A DNA stretch of 64,000 nucleotides from assembly GCA_002269645.1 (NCBI GenBank), contig NIVC01003305.1, positions 1 through 64,000 on the forward strand. Reading direction: 5' to 3'. This stretch comes from Macrostomum lignano (taxonomy: Eukaryota). Below the pieces are notes generated by a model. It was not told the origin of the DNA. It searched no databases and saw only the letters and a program-made list of their open reading frames with translations. How positions within the stretch are numbered: position 1 is the first letter of the stretch; the number at the start of each line of letters is the position of its first letter. Shown in pieces: positions 8,909 to 23,500 of this stretch. The translations under genes were made by a program, and so were the position numbers.

Positions 8909-9873
8909 AATAATGGTATTAAATATACTCACAAAACCTTGGTACTGTGTTCGACAATTTGAGTTAGAAGCCTTTTAGGATGTTAAAAAAGACATTCAGT
9001 AAAATTTGGTAAAGGCTTAGTGGGCTGTTAAAAAACTTAAGTAGCAGCAAGAGTTTAGTGTATGGTTTTGTCTCGCATAGAGACGCCTAACCGCAGTACC
9101 CCTGTGACACTTGTCTCTATGGTTTTGTCTCGCATAGAGACGCCTAACCGCAGTACCCCTGTGACACTTGTCTCTGCCTGGCTGAAAGCTTGTAATGAGT
9201 TAGTAGGCTGGGTTGGAGGGTAATAGTCGATCCGCGAAGGGCTGTGGGTAGCTGTATAGGAAGGCAGGCCTATACCTGTTCCAGTTGATGCTCTGACGGT
9301 CTCCCTCGGAGTGTCCTCTGAGCGAACAGCCAGCGACTCTATTAAAGCTGGAGTGTGCCAGAACCAGGACTGAGTCTGAGCAGGACGGGACCGTTGGCAC
9401 GGCCTAGTAGAAATGGCGGGTTGGCGAAGCAAAGAGTGAAATAGTTCCGGCGATTAGCCTTCCTGCCGCTTCAAAGATAAGAGACTGTCTGGCAAGAGTA
9501 CCCGGGGTTTAGTGGGTGGGGAGGCTCCTTCGGGTTGCCACGGCCGTGGGGGCGGTCATTTTACCGGTTTTTTGGCATTCCTAACCCAGGAGAAGGCACG
9601 GGCTTCCCTGAATGGTTCACTCAACCCCCTCTAGCCCCAGGGAGGTTTTGATTTGAGCTTGGAGTAGGCTTAACGCCTCGAAGGCAGGGGGTAGGGCCCG
9701 CCCTTTGCCGCGACTGGTGTTGCCTGCTCAGCTTGTTGGCCACAGTCACTCTCACTCTAGCTTAGAAACCTTTTGTACCTGGATACACTCCGAATCTGAA
9801 ACCTTAAATATTACTAGTGGCGTAAGAGCCTGATCAATGGCCGAGGCGCCGGAATACTTATTTAGTTAGTTAG
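8909..9873 (+). mobile_element. Non-coding non-LTR-type insertion (SINE-like or truncated LINE) with 18-bp TSD
   Basis: Flanked by ttctcaccagagtcttga at 8891-8908 and 9874-9891. Ends in a (TTAG)n-like tail tatttagttagttag. Internal 57-bp tandem duplication at about 9061-9176. Confidence 0.6.
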
Positions 9874-10486
9874 TTCTCACCAGAGTCTTGAGCTCTGGTC
9901 CCAATAGTGGCCTCTCGGGCTATATGCCCCTGGCAGTATGGCCCAATCAGATCCCTGCGGTAGAGCCCCCTTTCGGGCTGATCCGCGGCAAGCCCCTGGC
10001 TTTCCACCCCGTTTGAGAAGAAGAAAAGGCCGTCGACACAGCTTGCTGGAAGACGTGTGGTTGCATTGTGTGCACAATTTTCTTTCGTACACGCTGTGTC
10101 CAAAAGTTTACTGCGTGGAAAATGCCACGAGGGCTTAGTAAATTCCCACATAACTTTTTCCCTACAAAACTTGTAGGGAATAACAAGGATACGCAGAGGT
10201 GGGCGGTAGGATTTGGGGATGAGGCTGCATACGAGTTGTGCATCATTGCAGACCTCGTCAATGTGCAAACTCTCTGCATTTATGTGCGGGACTCCTGCGC
10301 ACGAGCCATGCGTGTACTTATTGGGAACTTTCATCCCGGGGTGCAACGGCCGCTGCGTACTTTATTTTATTTTCAGCTGGTTGCTTTGTGCAGCCCAGTC
10401 ACAACCAGTCAGGTACCGATTTAAGAATGTGTGTATGAGCGAGGATTTTGCTGAAATCATAAGCTGAGTGAAAGTCTGCGGTAGCA

Positions 10487-10769
10487 ATGTTCTCGAATAC
10501 CGGTAGAGTTTCCAGTCAGCTCGATTCCAGCGGCCCACCGATCGATGCTGGCCAACTGATTGACAGTTCGGCAGATAAAACTGCCGTGGAACTTCCGACA
10601 TTTTTAGCGGCAGAACAGCCTGGTTCACCATCGGATACGCCTGGGATTCTGATGGAAACCCGCTGTTTAGGACTGAGCTACGAGGAGAGACACGAGATCA
10701 ACTTGATGTACCACCAGCTGAGGGACCATGGCGAGCAGCTGCGACTGACAGGATGGAGACCCTTGCTAG
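10487..10769 (+). CDS. Unidentified protein, exon 1 of 2
   Basis: gcaATG start, open frame to a strong donor ag|gtgagt (intron starts 10770), phase 1. Confidence 0.6.
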
Positions 10770-10840
10770 GTGAGTGTTTGAGGCCAGTGGGTTGTGAAGT
10801 ATCTTCGAGAAAATGAGTAAATAAATTTTTCTTCCTTTAG

Positions 10841-11115
10841 ACTGCGAATATGTCAAGGATTGTTGCCATAGCGACAGATGCGACAACTGTAACGAAGCCA
10901 CAGAAGATGAAGAGAACGACAGCTCGTGTTGCAGCAGCAGCGGTAGCAGCAAAAGCTCCTGCAGCTCGGACAGCGGCAGCTCGGTATGCGGCACGAGGTT
11001 CAAGCACCGGCGTCGTACCGAGCGCTGGAACCAGGAGTTCGACGAGGAGGTGCGCGAACTGCAGGGCTTCATCGACCGCTCCTATTATCCGACTAAAGTG
11101 TACAGGGTGAAGTGA
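10841..11115 (+). CDS. Unidentified protein, exon 2 of 2 (Cys cluster, Ser-rich tract, charged C-terminus)
   Basis: Acceptor ttttcttcctttag at 10840; phase matches exon 1. Reads DCEYVKDCCHSDRCDNC...RTERWNQEFDEEVRELQGFIDRSYYPTKVYRVK*. Spliced CDS is 558 nt, 185 aa. Confidence 0.6.
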
Positions 11116-12507
11116 TTCGCGAACGGGAATAGGCAGTGTGTTCTTGTACGAGTAGTAGAGGATGTTTCTCTCCATTAATGAAATTATAGTTTTATTTGTC
11201 TTTCAATAGGAAGCATTAGGAAGATAATGAATTTGGACAACTGCAGTAGCAGGACGCTACAATTGGCTTTCTTAGAAATCAGCTGCAGCCCGGTAAGGCA
11301 CCTATAATTATCGTAATGTTGTCGAGAAGTCGCGGATTTTTTCATCAATCTCACTGACCCTATGGCACTCTGCTTGCGATCGCGGAGTAACGCATCATAT
11401 CGGTTTTTATAATCTTTGCTATCGACTCTGAGAGATCCATATACTAAAAATGGTCTGTCGGTAGGTAGGTAGGTTTTTTTCGCAAATGAATTTCATCCAA
11501 ACAGAAGCAATGTCCGAACAGAGTGTGGAGGTTCGGGTTTGCCGATAAATGCTCGGGACCGGGGTAAATCCCGAATGCCGAAAAATGTCCATTTCCGAAC
11601 ACCTCTAGTCTGCATCAGGGCGGAGCAAAGCTATTTAATGAGTTTAATAAAGTTGCCCCATAAAGATATTGCTAAGAAAACCGATTAAAACGCAAAGTCG
11701 TTTAACTCATGATAATTCATTTGCAAAAAATGCTTACCTTGACCCCGGGGAGTCGTATGAGAGTTCGCACGAAAGTTCTCGAAAGTATAAAGTACATTTA
11801 ACTACTATTAATTGAAGCTGTTCAGCTGTTTCACTCGTACTACCTGATGACTCATTTGTTATTTTCAAGTAGAGACAGTTTTTGCAAGTAGTTTTTACGT
11901 GTACATTTTACACTTTGTATACATTTAATACAAGTACAATAATACACATGCGTTCATTATTAGCTGCGCGTAGACTATACTAAGCTGCATGTAAATTTTC
12001 GTGTTAAATATAAAACAGTGCCGTCTAACTCCGGTTTAACAGTAAACAAATTAAAACACAAACAGCCACTTTGCCTGTCTCTCCCTCCGTGGCTCTAATA
12101 TTAGAATCCCATGTACGCAAATATGAAAAATTCCAATGGGGTTCCCATTAGTCACCGACTTTACTGTATGGTTGCAGCCCAGGTTTAACCAATGCAATCC
12201 TTTATCAAGGAAGCCATGACGAAATAGGAGTTATTTCTTCTGCGGCCCAGCCTCTTCGATGAAGCATCGCCAATCCAGCAAATCTTTTAACAAAAACGGC
12301 TTCAGCGATTTGCCGCCGCATTCCGCATGCAACAGCTGGCCTGCCAGTCAGGGATGCACTGGAGGCGCAAAACTGATCGAAATCACCTAAGTATGTCAAA
12401 TTCCCAACTAAGGCTTCAATGCTTTTATTGTAGCTTAAAAATAGTTACTGTATATAACTATCTCACTGCCCAGGCTCAAAATTCCTTTGTAGTCCACTGT
12501 TTACATG

Positions 12508-13020
12508 TAGATTCAAAATCTCTGTTTAGATCAGAAATGGCACTGTTTAGATCAGAAATCCCAGTGTTTGGATCCGAAATCCCAGTGTTTAGATCCGAAA
12601 TCCCAGTGTTTACATCCAAAATATCACTGTTTAGATTCAAAATCTCACTGTTTAGATTCAAAATCTCACTGTTTAGATCCAAAATCTCACTAATTAGATC
12701 CGAAATCTCACTGATTAGATTCAAAATCTCACTGTTTAGATTTAAAATCTCACTGATTAGATCCAAAATCTCACTGATTAGATAAAAAATCTCACTGTTT
12801 AGATTCAAAATCTCACTGTTTAGATTCTAAATCTGACTATTTGGATCCAAAATCCCCGTGTTTAGATCTGAAATTTCACTGTTTAGATTCAAAATCCCAC
12901 TTTAGATCCAAAATCTCACTGTTTAGATTCAAAATCCCACTTTAGATCCAAAATCTCACTGTTTATATCCGAACTGTCACTGTTAAGATACAAAATCTCA
13001 CTTTGAAGCTTCAAAATCTC
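12508..13020. repeat. 21-bp minisatellite (TGTTTAGATTCAAAATCTCAC)
   Basis: Tandem units directly visible. Confidence 0.9.
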
Positions 13021-13537
13021 GCCAAAGCGACTTGATAGCAGCTACCAGCAGCGCCAAAAAAGCTTGAAATGCGCACAAAATCTGGCTGACAGTACTTTAA
13101 GGAACTATTTTTTCCCGGCAAAACCGACGCATTTTCAACTAGTTTCGGCACAATAACATTTATTTCTAATATTTTTATAGTCTATTATAACTGCGTATTG
13201 GCTAAGCGCCTGCATGGCAGATGACATAACCGAGATTGAAGTTTTGTTACAAGTAGCAGTTTCACAAATCGAATTGAGCCTTTAGACTGGCATGAAAATT
13301 GAGGGTAGCGAGTTTGCAACAGCAGCAAGCGGTGCTATGGGGATGAGAGAAACGATGCGAAAAACGACAAAAAAATGCAACCAAAATTCTCTGCTCAAAG
13401 GCAATTCAGCCGGTGCCAGTAAGGCACGGTACACCGTGCCGGTGACACGGCACTGCTCCTGCCAAGCATTACGGAGGAACAGAGATTGCAGCATTGGGCA
13501 ATTCCTCGGCAGTATCAACTGCTTGGATACTCTATCC

Positions 13538-14746
13538 AACTGATCCCACATCGGAATCCACTGATCCCACTCTCGGATTCCACTGAATCCACACTCGGAT
13601 TCCACTGAATCCATACTCGGATTCCACTGATCCCATACTCGGATTCCACTGATCCCATACTCGGAATCCACTGATCCCACAATCGGACCCCACTGATCCC
13701 ACACTCGGAATCCACTGATCCCACAATCGGACCCCACTGATCCCATACTCTGATTCCACTGATCCCACAATCGGATCCCACTGAATCCACACCCGGATCC
13801 CACTGATCTGATACTCGGATTCCACTGATCCCATACTCGGAATCCATTGATCCCACAATCGGATCCCACTGAATCCACACTCGGATCCCACTGAATCCAC
13901 ACTCGGATCCCACTGATCTGATACTCGGATCCCACTGATCTGATACTCGGATCCCACTGATCTGATACTCGGATCCCACTGATCTGATACTCGGATCCCA
14001 CTGATCTGATACTCGGATCCCACTGATCCCATACTCGGAGTCCACTGATCCCACACTCGGATCCCACTGATCCCATACTCGGATCCCACTGATCCCATAC
14101 TCGGATCCCACACTCGGAGTCCACTGATCCCACACTCGGATCCCACTGATCCCACACTCGGATCACACTGATCCCACACTCGGATCCCACTGATCCCACA
14201 CTCGGATCACACTGATCCCACACTCGGATCCCACTGATCTCACACTCGGATCACACTGATCCCACACTCGGATCACACTGATCCCACACTCAGATCCCAC
14301 TGATCTGATACTCGGATCCCACTGATCTGATACTCGGATCCCACTGATCTGATACTCGGATCCCACTGATCTGATACTCGGATCCCACTGATCTGATACT
14401 CGGATCCCACTGATCCCATACTCGGAGTCCACTGATCCCACACTCGGATCCCACTGATCCCATACTCGGATCCCACTGATCCCATACTCGGATCCCACAC
14501 TCGGAGTCCACTGATCCCACACTCGGATCCCACTGATCCCACACTCGGATCCCACTGATCCCACACTCGGATCACACTGATCCCACACTCGGATCCCACT
14601 GATCTCACACTCGGATCACACTGATCCCACACTCGGATCCCACTGATCCCACACTCGGATCCCACTGATCCCACACTCGGATCACACTGATCCCACACTC
14701 GGATCCCACTGATCCCACACTCGGATCCCACTGATCCCACACTCGG
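13538..14746. repeat. About 22-bp minisatellite (GGATCCCACTGATCCCACACTC)
   Basis: Tandem units visible; source of the WDQWDPSVGSV ORFs. Confidence 0.95.
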
Positions 14747-15524
14747 AGCCAGTAACCTGAGTGCAGTATCGCGCACAGGCTTGTGCAGAAAATCCACAGC
14801 AGAAATCCATGAACAAAATTTAAACAACTGAAAGAGCAAAAGCATAAAATAGAAAGATATTTTTTGTCTATGAATATTTGAATTTTTAATATCTGATGAT
14901 GATATTCCAGCACAAAGGGGTGAATGAATTCAACAAATATATAAAAATGGTGCATTATAAAGTATTTACAGATTTTACACAGCTAAAGAGCTGACGAAGA
15001 AAATCTACAGGACTGTGGAACATATGCTCATACTTATACATAGTATGAAAAGAACAAATATTTATCATCTTTTTAATTGATTGGTTTTCAATATATAAAC
15101 AATTGAGTAAAAAATATTGTTTATAAGAGTGCCGCGGTGTTGACTGCAGGTCCATGCACCTCTCGACGCACTGGCCGGCTGTGGACAAATGCACAAAGGA
15201 AAAATATGACTAAGTACGAGTAAAACTGTATCAATTATTTTGCAGATTTTGTACTACTAACGCCAAGTCCAAGTAGTATACAAGTAAATTTGCGAAACTA
15301 CCAATCCAGCTATAATTACCTGTGCTTACCTGTGGTCCGTTAATCCATCCTAAAAGCTCTATGACGTTTGTTAATCTAGCCTGTTTAGATTAAAAATTAG
15401 GTCGCTAATTCGTTCGGTAGGTTTCAAGGGCTCGATAATTTATTCTGAGGATTTTGGGACTCGGTAATTCATTCTGGGGATTTGGGGGATTGTTAATCCA
15501 CCCTGTAGGTCTCAGAAGGTCGCT

Positions 15525-16685
15525 AATCCCGCTGTAGGTTTCAAGTAGGAAACTCTGTAGATTTCAAGGGGTCGCTAATCCCCTCTGTAGGCTTCAAGGG
15601 GTCAGTAATCCTCTCTGTAGGCTTCAAGGGTCGCTAATCCTCTCTGTAGGCTTCAAGGGGTCGCTAATCCCCTCTGTAGGCTTCAAGGGGTCACTAATCC
15701 TCTCTGTAGGCTTTAAGGGGTCACTAATCCTCTCTGTAGGTTTCAAGGGGTCGCTAATCCCCTCTGTAGGCTTCAAGGGGTCACTAATCCTCTCTGTAGG
15801 CTTCAAGGGGTCGCTAATCCTCTCTGTAGGCTTCAAGGGGTCACTAATCCCCTCTGTAGGCTTCAAGGGGTCACTAATCCTTTCTGTAGGCTTCAAGGGT
15901 CGCTAATCCTCTCTGTAGGCTTCAAGGGGTCACTAATCCTCTCTGTAGGCTTCAAGGGGTCACTAATCCTCTCTGTAGGCTTCAAGGGGTCACTAATCCT
16001 CTCTGTAGGCTTTAAGGGGTCACTAATCCTCTCTGTAGGTTTCAAGGGGTCGCTAATCACCTCTGTAGGCTTCAAGGGGTCACTAATCCTCTCTGTAGGT
16101 TTCAAGGGGTCACTAATCCTCTCTGTAGGCTTCAAGGGGTCGCTAATCCTCTCTGTAGGCTTCAAGGGGTCACTAATCCTCTCTGTAGGCTTCAAGGGGT
16201 CACTAATCCTCTCTGTAGGCTTCAAGGGTCGCTAATCCTCTCTGTAGGCTTCAAGGGGTCACTAATCCTCTCTGTAGGTTTCAAGGGGTCGCTAATCCTC
16301 TCTGTAGGCTTCAAGGGGTCGCTAATCCCCTCTGTAGGCTTCAAGGGGTCACTAACCCTCTCTGTAGGTTTCAAGGGGTCACTAATCCTCTCTGTAGGCT
16401 TCAAGGGGTCACTAACCCTCTCTGTAGGTTTCAAGGGGTCACTAACCCTCTCTGTAGGCTTCAAGGGGTCACTAACCCTCTCTGTAGGTTTCAAGGGGTC
16501 ACTAATCCTCTCTGTAGGTTTCAAGGGGTCACTATTCCTCTCTGTAGGTTTCAAAGGGTCACTAATCCTCTCTGTAGGTTTCAAGGAGGCGCTAATCCCC
16601 TCTGTAGGCTTCAAGGGGTCACTAATCCTCTCTGTAGGTTTCAAGGAGGCGCTAATCCCCTCTGTAGGCTTCAAGGGGTCACTAA
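15525..16685. repeat. 30-bp minisatellite (CTCTGTAGGCTTCAAGGGGTCACTAATCCT)
   Basis: Tandem units visible, decaying leftwards. Confidence 0.95.
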
Positions 16686-16821
16686 TCCACTTTGAAGATC
16701 CGAGGTGGCGTCTAGAATCGTTAGAAAACCTTTCTCACCTAAGCATCGCGACATCAAAAGCCCCCGGATAACCATGAACCCTCAACTAAGCCAGACTCAG
16801 GACGCACCTTCCGACGCAAGG

Positions 16822-17094
16822 CTACAAGGCGTCGGCTGGGCCGGCAGCCCACTCCCGATAGCGCAGCAGATCCGGCCCGGCTGACACGATGGAGGACAGG
16901 GGCGAACGGAACATGCCAGGCTGACTGGTGCTCGATAGCACAGCCCGGTGCAGCTGCAGGTAGGCAAACTCGAACGCCTGCTTCACCTGCAAGGCGCCAT
17001 AGGATGACCGGCCAATGTCATTGCCAGGCGTCAGGGGATCCTCGATGCACAGCACCGATGGCCTGGCTGAGTGGATTGCACCGTCCAGTTGCAC
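16822..17094 (-). CDS. TENT4: TENT4/PAPD5/Trf4 terminal nucleotidyltransferase, exon 4
   Basis: PSVLCIEDPLTPGNDIGRSSYGALQVKQAFEFAY matches PAPD5 [34 protein letters not shown]. Acceptor ccacag; TAG stop at 16824-16822. Confidence 0.95.
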   Translation of the reverse strand: MQLDGAIHSARPSVLCIEDPLTPGNDIGRSSYGALQVKQAFEFAYLQLHRAVLSSTSQPGMFRSPLSSIVSAGPDLLRYREWAAGPADAL

Positions 17095-17096
17095 CT

Positions 17097-17769
<673 letters not shown>

Positions 17770-17772
17770 CTA

Positions 17773-18363
<591 letters not shown>

Positions 18364-18377
18364 TTAAACAATAAAGA

Positions 18378-18760
18378 GGGATTAGGAAGCTACAGATCGG
18401 TTAGAAGGCAGACTAGGAAGGATTAGGAAGCTGCAGAATGGGATTAGGAAGCTGCAGAATGGAATTAGGAAGCTGCAGAATGGGATTAGGAAGCTGCTGA
18501 ATGGGATTAGGAAGCTGCTGAATGGGATTAGGAAACTACAGAATGGGATTAGGAAACTACAGAATAGGATTAGGAAACTACAGAATGGGATTAGGAAACT
18601 ACAGAATGGGATTAGGAAACTACAGAATGGAATTAGGAAACTACAGAATGGAATTAGGAAACTACAGAATGGAATTAGGAAGCTACAGAATGGGATTAGG
18701 AAGCTGCAGAATGGGATTAGGAAGCTGCAGAATGGGATTAGGAACCTACAGATGGGATTA
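18378..18760. repeat. 21-bp minisatellite in TENT4 intron 1 (GAATGGGATTAGGAAACTACA)
   Basis: Tandem units visible. Confidence 0.9.
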
Positions 18761-18902
18761 AGAGATCTGATAAGAATGGTGGGTTGAGAGATTCAGTAAA
18801 TTGCTGAGATAAAGCTGGACTCGGATGAAAGATTATCTAATTCTGAAACCGATCAGCCAATCGATTTCAGAAAGGATATTGATTGTCCAGTCCCAGACTC
18901 GC

Positions 18903-19340
18903 CTGCACGTCAGTAGCGCAGCCTTCCTCCCTGAGCGCCCTCTCTAGCGCTCTCAGCGGCAGCGCCTCCCAGCGGCCGAACAGCACCAAGTCGATGTCGG
19001 AGGTGGGCAAGTACAGGCCGGTTCGCGAGCTGCCGAACACCTCCAGCCGGGCGTCGGGCCACAGGCGCAGCACGAGGGCCCGCAGGCGGTCAACAACTCG
19101 GCACCGGATCGCCGCCTCGGCCGGGGTCGGCGCCACCCACTGGTTGAACAGTAGCAGCTCCTCGTGCAGGCCGACGACGCCCGGGCTCAAGCGTCGGGGC
19201 CGCCGCCCGTCGGGCCCGAGAAGCCACGGCGGCAGCGGTGGCGGCTGGTGCTGCTGGATGCTGAAGTAACGCCTGTGCTGATTGGAGTAGCGACGCGACC
19301 GGGCGTGAGTCTTGGCCAGCCGCTGCTGCTGCTGGTTCAT
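18903..19340 (-). CDS. TENT4: TENT4/PAPD5, exon 1
   Basis: ATG at 19340; GLHEE...FGSSRTGLYLPTSDIDLV catalytic GS/DxD motif. Ends CAG|GCGAGT (GC donor). The four exons total 1125 nt, 374 aa, in frame. Confidence 0.95.
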
Positions 19341-20534
19341 CTTTGGCAGGTTTATTATCTTCTGTTACGCTAATTTGCTATAAAAGTAGCAGAGGGACTG
19401 CGTGCTGCATCTATCAAAACAGAGTCACAAGCCAGTCAAAAAAGTATATATTTAGCCAATTTAAAACTATGAATAAGCTGAATGATTTGACTTATAGGCT
19501 TATCAACTTAAAATATTTAATATATGTAAAGTGTTTACATGCTAGTTTTTGTAATAGGTTGCCAAAATGAAATAGGAAAAGTTATTTTGATAGGATTTAT
19601 AAAAATGGGATTTCAATAAAGGGTGCAGGACTAGCCAATAAAAGCTTTATTGGAGACTCAGGGAGCCACTAATAGCCTTATCTCTATACAGCTATGTGCC
19701 ATTGTTTAAAATGCCTAGCTAGATCTAAAATCCTAATAATCTCTTATCTAAGACTACCAATGTCTATAAATACAATAAAGCCGCAACAGACTTATAAAAA
19801 GAACATAAAGTTCATTATACAATATAATGGACACTCATTTTTGCTTAGTAAAATTAGCTAAAACTAGCACATTAATTCCCCTATAATGGGCATTCAATTT
19901 CAAAATTGAAACATAAATAAACAATATACTAAAAATGAAAATCTTGCTTGCTTGTAATCGATTAGAGAAAAAATGGCTTAACCGATTTTCATGAGACTTG
20001 CACTGTTCGATCAGAAATTTTCCCGTGACTGTACATGCATCGTGGCTAAGAAATTGCTCGATGCTAAAGGCATTAAATATTCGAAAAACATGCTTTTTTT
20101 GCAAAGGTCAAGCAAACTTTTCGACTTGAAATGCATTGTAAGAATGCTAGAGAAAAAACTGACTGGTTGAATTCTGATTCTGAAATAGATTGCATCATAA
20201 CTGAATTGTAACTCCGACTTGAATTGAAAATGCAGTGTGGAAGCGTAGCACCAGACTTGATTTAAATTGCGTAACCATATTGTTAACTGATACTGACTGA
20301 CTGAGAAACTGATTATGTCATAACTGCTTCGTGTGATTTACTCTATGCTTGGATTTTAAAGTGTTGAATTATATAAGTGAAAAATTTCATGTTATCAAAA
20401 CGATGAGAGCTAGCCTAGAGGTGAACAAACTGAAATGCTAAATGCAGTTTGGTTCGAATTGGTTCGAATTTTCATAGAGTATAATTTTTTTAATTAAAGC
20501 TTTTCAACGTCAGGAAAACTAAAAGACTTTTTAA

Positions 20535-23500
20535 AAAGAAGCGTCATGTAAAAATCATAGAAGTGTCATATAAAAATGATAGATGCGTCATTTACAAAAT
20601 CATAGAAGCGTCATATAAAAATCATAGATGCGTCATTTAAAAAATCATAGAAGCGTCATGTAAACAATCATAGAAGCGTCATGTAAACAATCATAGAAGC
20701 GTCATGTAAACAATCATAGAAGCGTCATGTAAACACTCGTAGAAGCGTCATGTAAACAATCATAGAAGCGTCATGTAAACAATCATAGACGCGTCATGTA
20801 AAAAATCGTAGAAGCGTCATATAAAAATCATAGAAGCGTCATGTAAACAATCATAGAAGCGTCATGTAAAAAATCGTAGAAGCGTCATGTAAACAATCAT
20901 AGAAGCGTCATGTAAAAAATCGTAGAAGCGTCATATAAAAATCATAGAAGCGTCATGTAAACAATCATAGAAGCGTCATGTAAAAAATCGTAGAAGCGTC
21001 ATGTAAAAATCATAGAAGGGTCATGTTAAAAATCATAGAAGCATCATTTAAAAAATCGTAGAAGCGTCATGTAAACAATCATAGAAGCGCCATGTAAAAA
21101 ATCATAGAAGCGTCATGTAAACAATCATAGAAGCGTCATGTAAAAAATCGTAGAAGCGTCATGTAAACAATCATAGAAGCGCCATGTAAACAATCATAGA
21201 AGCGTCATGTAAACAATCATAGAAGCGTCATGTAAAAAATCGTAGAAGCGTCATGTAAAAATCATAGAAGGGTCATGTTAAAAATCATAGAAGCATCATT
21301 TAAAAAATCGTAGAAGCGTCATGTAAACAATCATAGAAGCGCCATGTAAAAAATCATAGAAGCGTCATGTAAACAATCATAGAAGCGTCATGTAAAAAAT
21401 CGTAGAAGCGTCATGTAAACAATCATAGAAGCGTCATGTAAACAATCATAGAAGCGTCATGTAAACAATCATAGAAGCGTCATGTAAACAATCATTGAAG
21501 CGTCATGTAAACAATCATTGAAGCGTCATGTAAACAATCATAGAAGCGTCATGTAAAAAATCGTAGAAGCGTCATGTAAACAATCATAGAAGCGTCATGT
21601 AAACAATCATAGAAGCGTCATGTAAACAATCATAGAAGCGTCATGTAAACAATCATAGAAGCGTCATGTAAACAATCATAGAAGCGTCATGTAAAAAATC
21701 GTAGAAGCGTCATATAAAAACATAGAAGCGTCATGTAAACAATCATAGAAGCGTCATGTAAACAATCATAGAAGCGTCATGTAAACAATCATAGAAGCGT
21801 CATGTAAAAAATCGTAGAAGCGTCATATAAAAATCATAGAAGGGTCATGTTAAAAATCATAGAAGCATCATTTAAAAAATCGTAGAAGCGTCATGTAAAC
21901 AATCATAGAAGCGCCATGTAAAAAATCATAGAAGCGTCATGTAAACAATCATAGAAGCGTCATGTAAAAAATCGTAGAAGCGTCATGTAAACAATCATAG
22001 AAGCGTCATGTAAAAAATCGTAGAAGCGTCATATAAAAATCATAGAAGCGTCATGTAAACAATCATAGAAGCGTCATGTAAAAAATCGTAGAAGCGTCAT
22101 GTAAAAATCATAGAAGGGTCATGTTAAAAATCATAGAAGCATCATTTAAAAAATCGTAGAAGCGTCATGTAAACAATCATAGAAGCGCCATGTAAAAAAT
22201 CATAGAAGCGTCATGTAAACAATCATAGAAGCGTCATGTAAAGAATCGTAGAAGCGTCATGTAAACAATCATAGAAGCGCCATGTAAACAATCATAGAAG
22301 CGTCATGTAAACAATCATAGAAGCGCCATGTAAACAATCATAGAAGCGTCATGTAAACAATCATAGAAGCGTCATGTAAAAAATCGTAGAAGCGTCATGT
22401 AAAAATCATAGAAGGGTCATGTTAAAAATCATAGAAGCATCATTTAAAAAATCGTAGAAGCGTCATGTAAACAATCATAGAAGCGCCATGTAAAAAATCA
22501 TAGAAGCGTCATGTAAACAATCATAGAAGCGTCATGTAAAAAATCGTAGAAGCGTCATGTAAACAATCATAGAAGCGTCATGTAAACAATCATAGAAGCG
22601 TCATGTAAACAATCATAGAAGCGTCATGTAAACAATCATTGAAGCGTCATGTAAACAATCATTGAAGCGTCATGTAAACAATCATAGAAGCGTCATGTAA
22701 AAAATCGTAGAAGCGTCATGTAAACAATCATAGAAGCGTCATGTAAACAATCATAGAAGCGTCATGTAAACAATCATAGAAGCGCCATGTAAACAATCAT
22801 AGAAGCGTCATGTAAACAATCATAGAAGCGTCATGTAAAAAATCGTAGAAGCGTCATATAAAAACATAGAAGCGTCATGTAAACAATCATAGAAGCGTCA
22901 TGTAAACAATCATAGAAGCGTCATGTAAAAAATCGTAGAAGCGTCATGTAAAAATCATAGAAGGGTCATGTTAAAAATCATAGAAGCATCATTTAAAAAA
23001 TCGTAGAAGCGTCATGTAAACAATCATAGAAGCGCCATGTAAAAAATCATAGAAGCGTCATGTAAACAATCATAGAAGCGTCATGTAAAAAATCGTAGAA
23101 GCGTCATGTAAACAATCATAGAAGCGTCATGTAAAAAATCGTAGAAGCGTCATATAAAAATCATAGAAGCGTCATGTAAACAATCATAGAAGCGTCATGT
23201 AAAAAATCGTAGAAGCGTCATGTAAAAATCATAGAAGGGTCATGTTAAAAATCATAGAAGCATCATTTAAAAAATCGTAGAAGCGTCATGTAAACAATCA
23301 TAGAAGCGCCATGTAAAAAATCATAGAAGCGTCATGTAAACAATCATAGAAGCGTCATGTAAAAAATCGTAGAAGCGTCATGTAAACAATCATAGAAGCG
23401 TCATGTAAACAATCATAGAAGCGTCATGTAAAAAATCGTAGAAGCGTCATGTAAAAATCATAGAAGGGTCATGTTAAAAATCATAGAAGCATCATTTAAA

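Noticed and set aside
13282-13535. Extra TENT4 exon or separate coding exon
   Set aside because: TENT4 already terminates at 16822; there is no recognisable homology or convincing acceptor.
15330-15380. 51-nt minus-strand micro-exon with ag and gtaag borders
   Set aside because: It lies in the decayed edge of the 30-bp array and has no linked exons.
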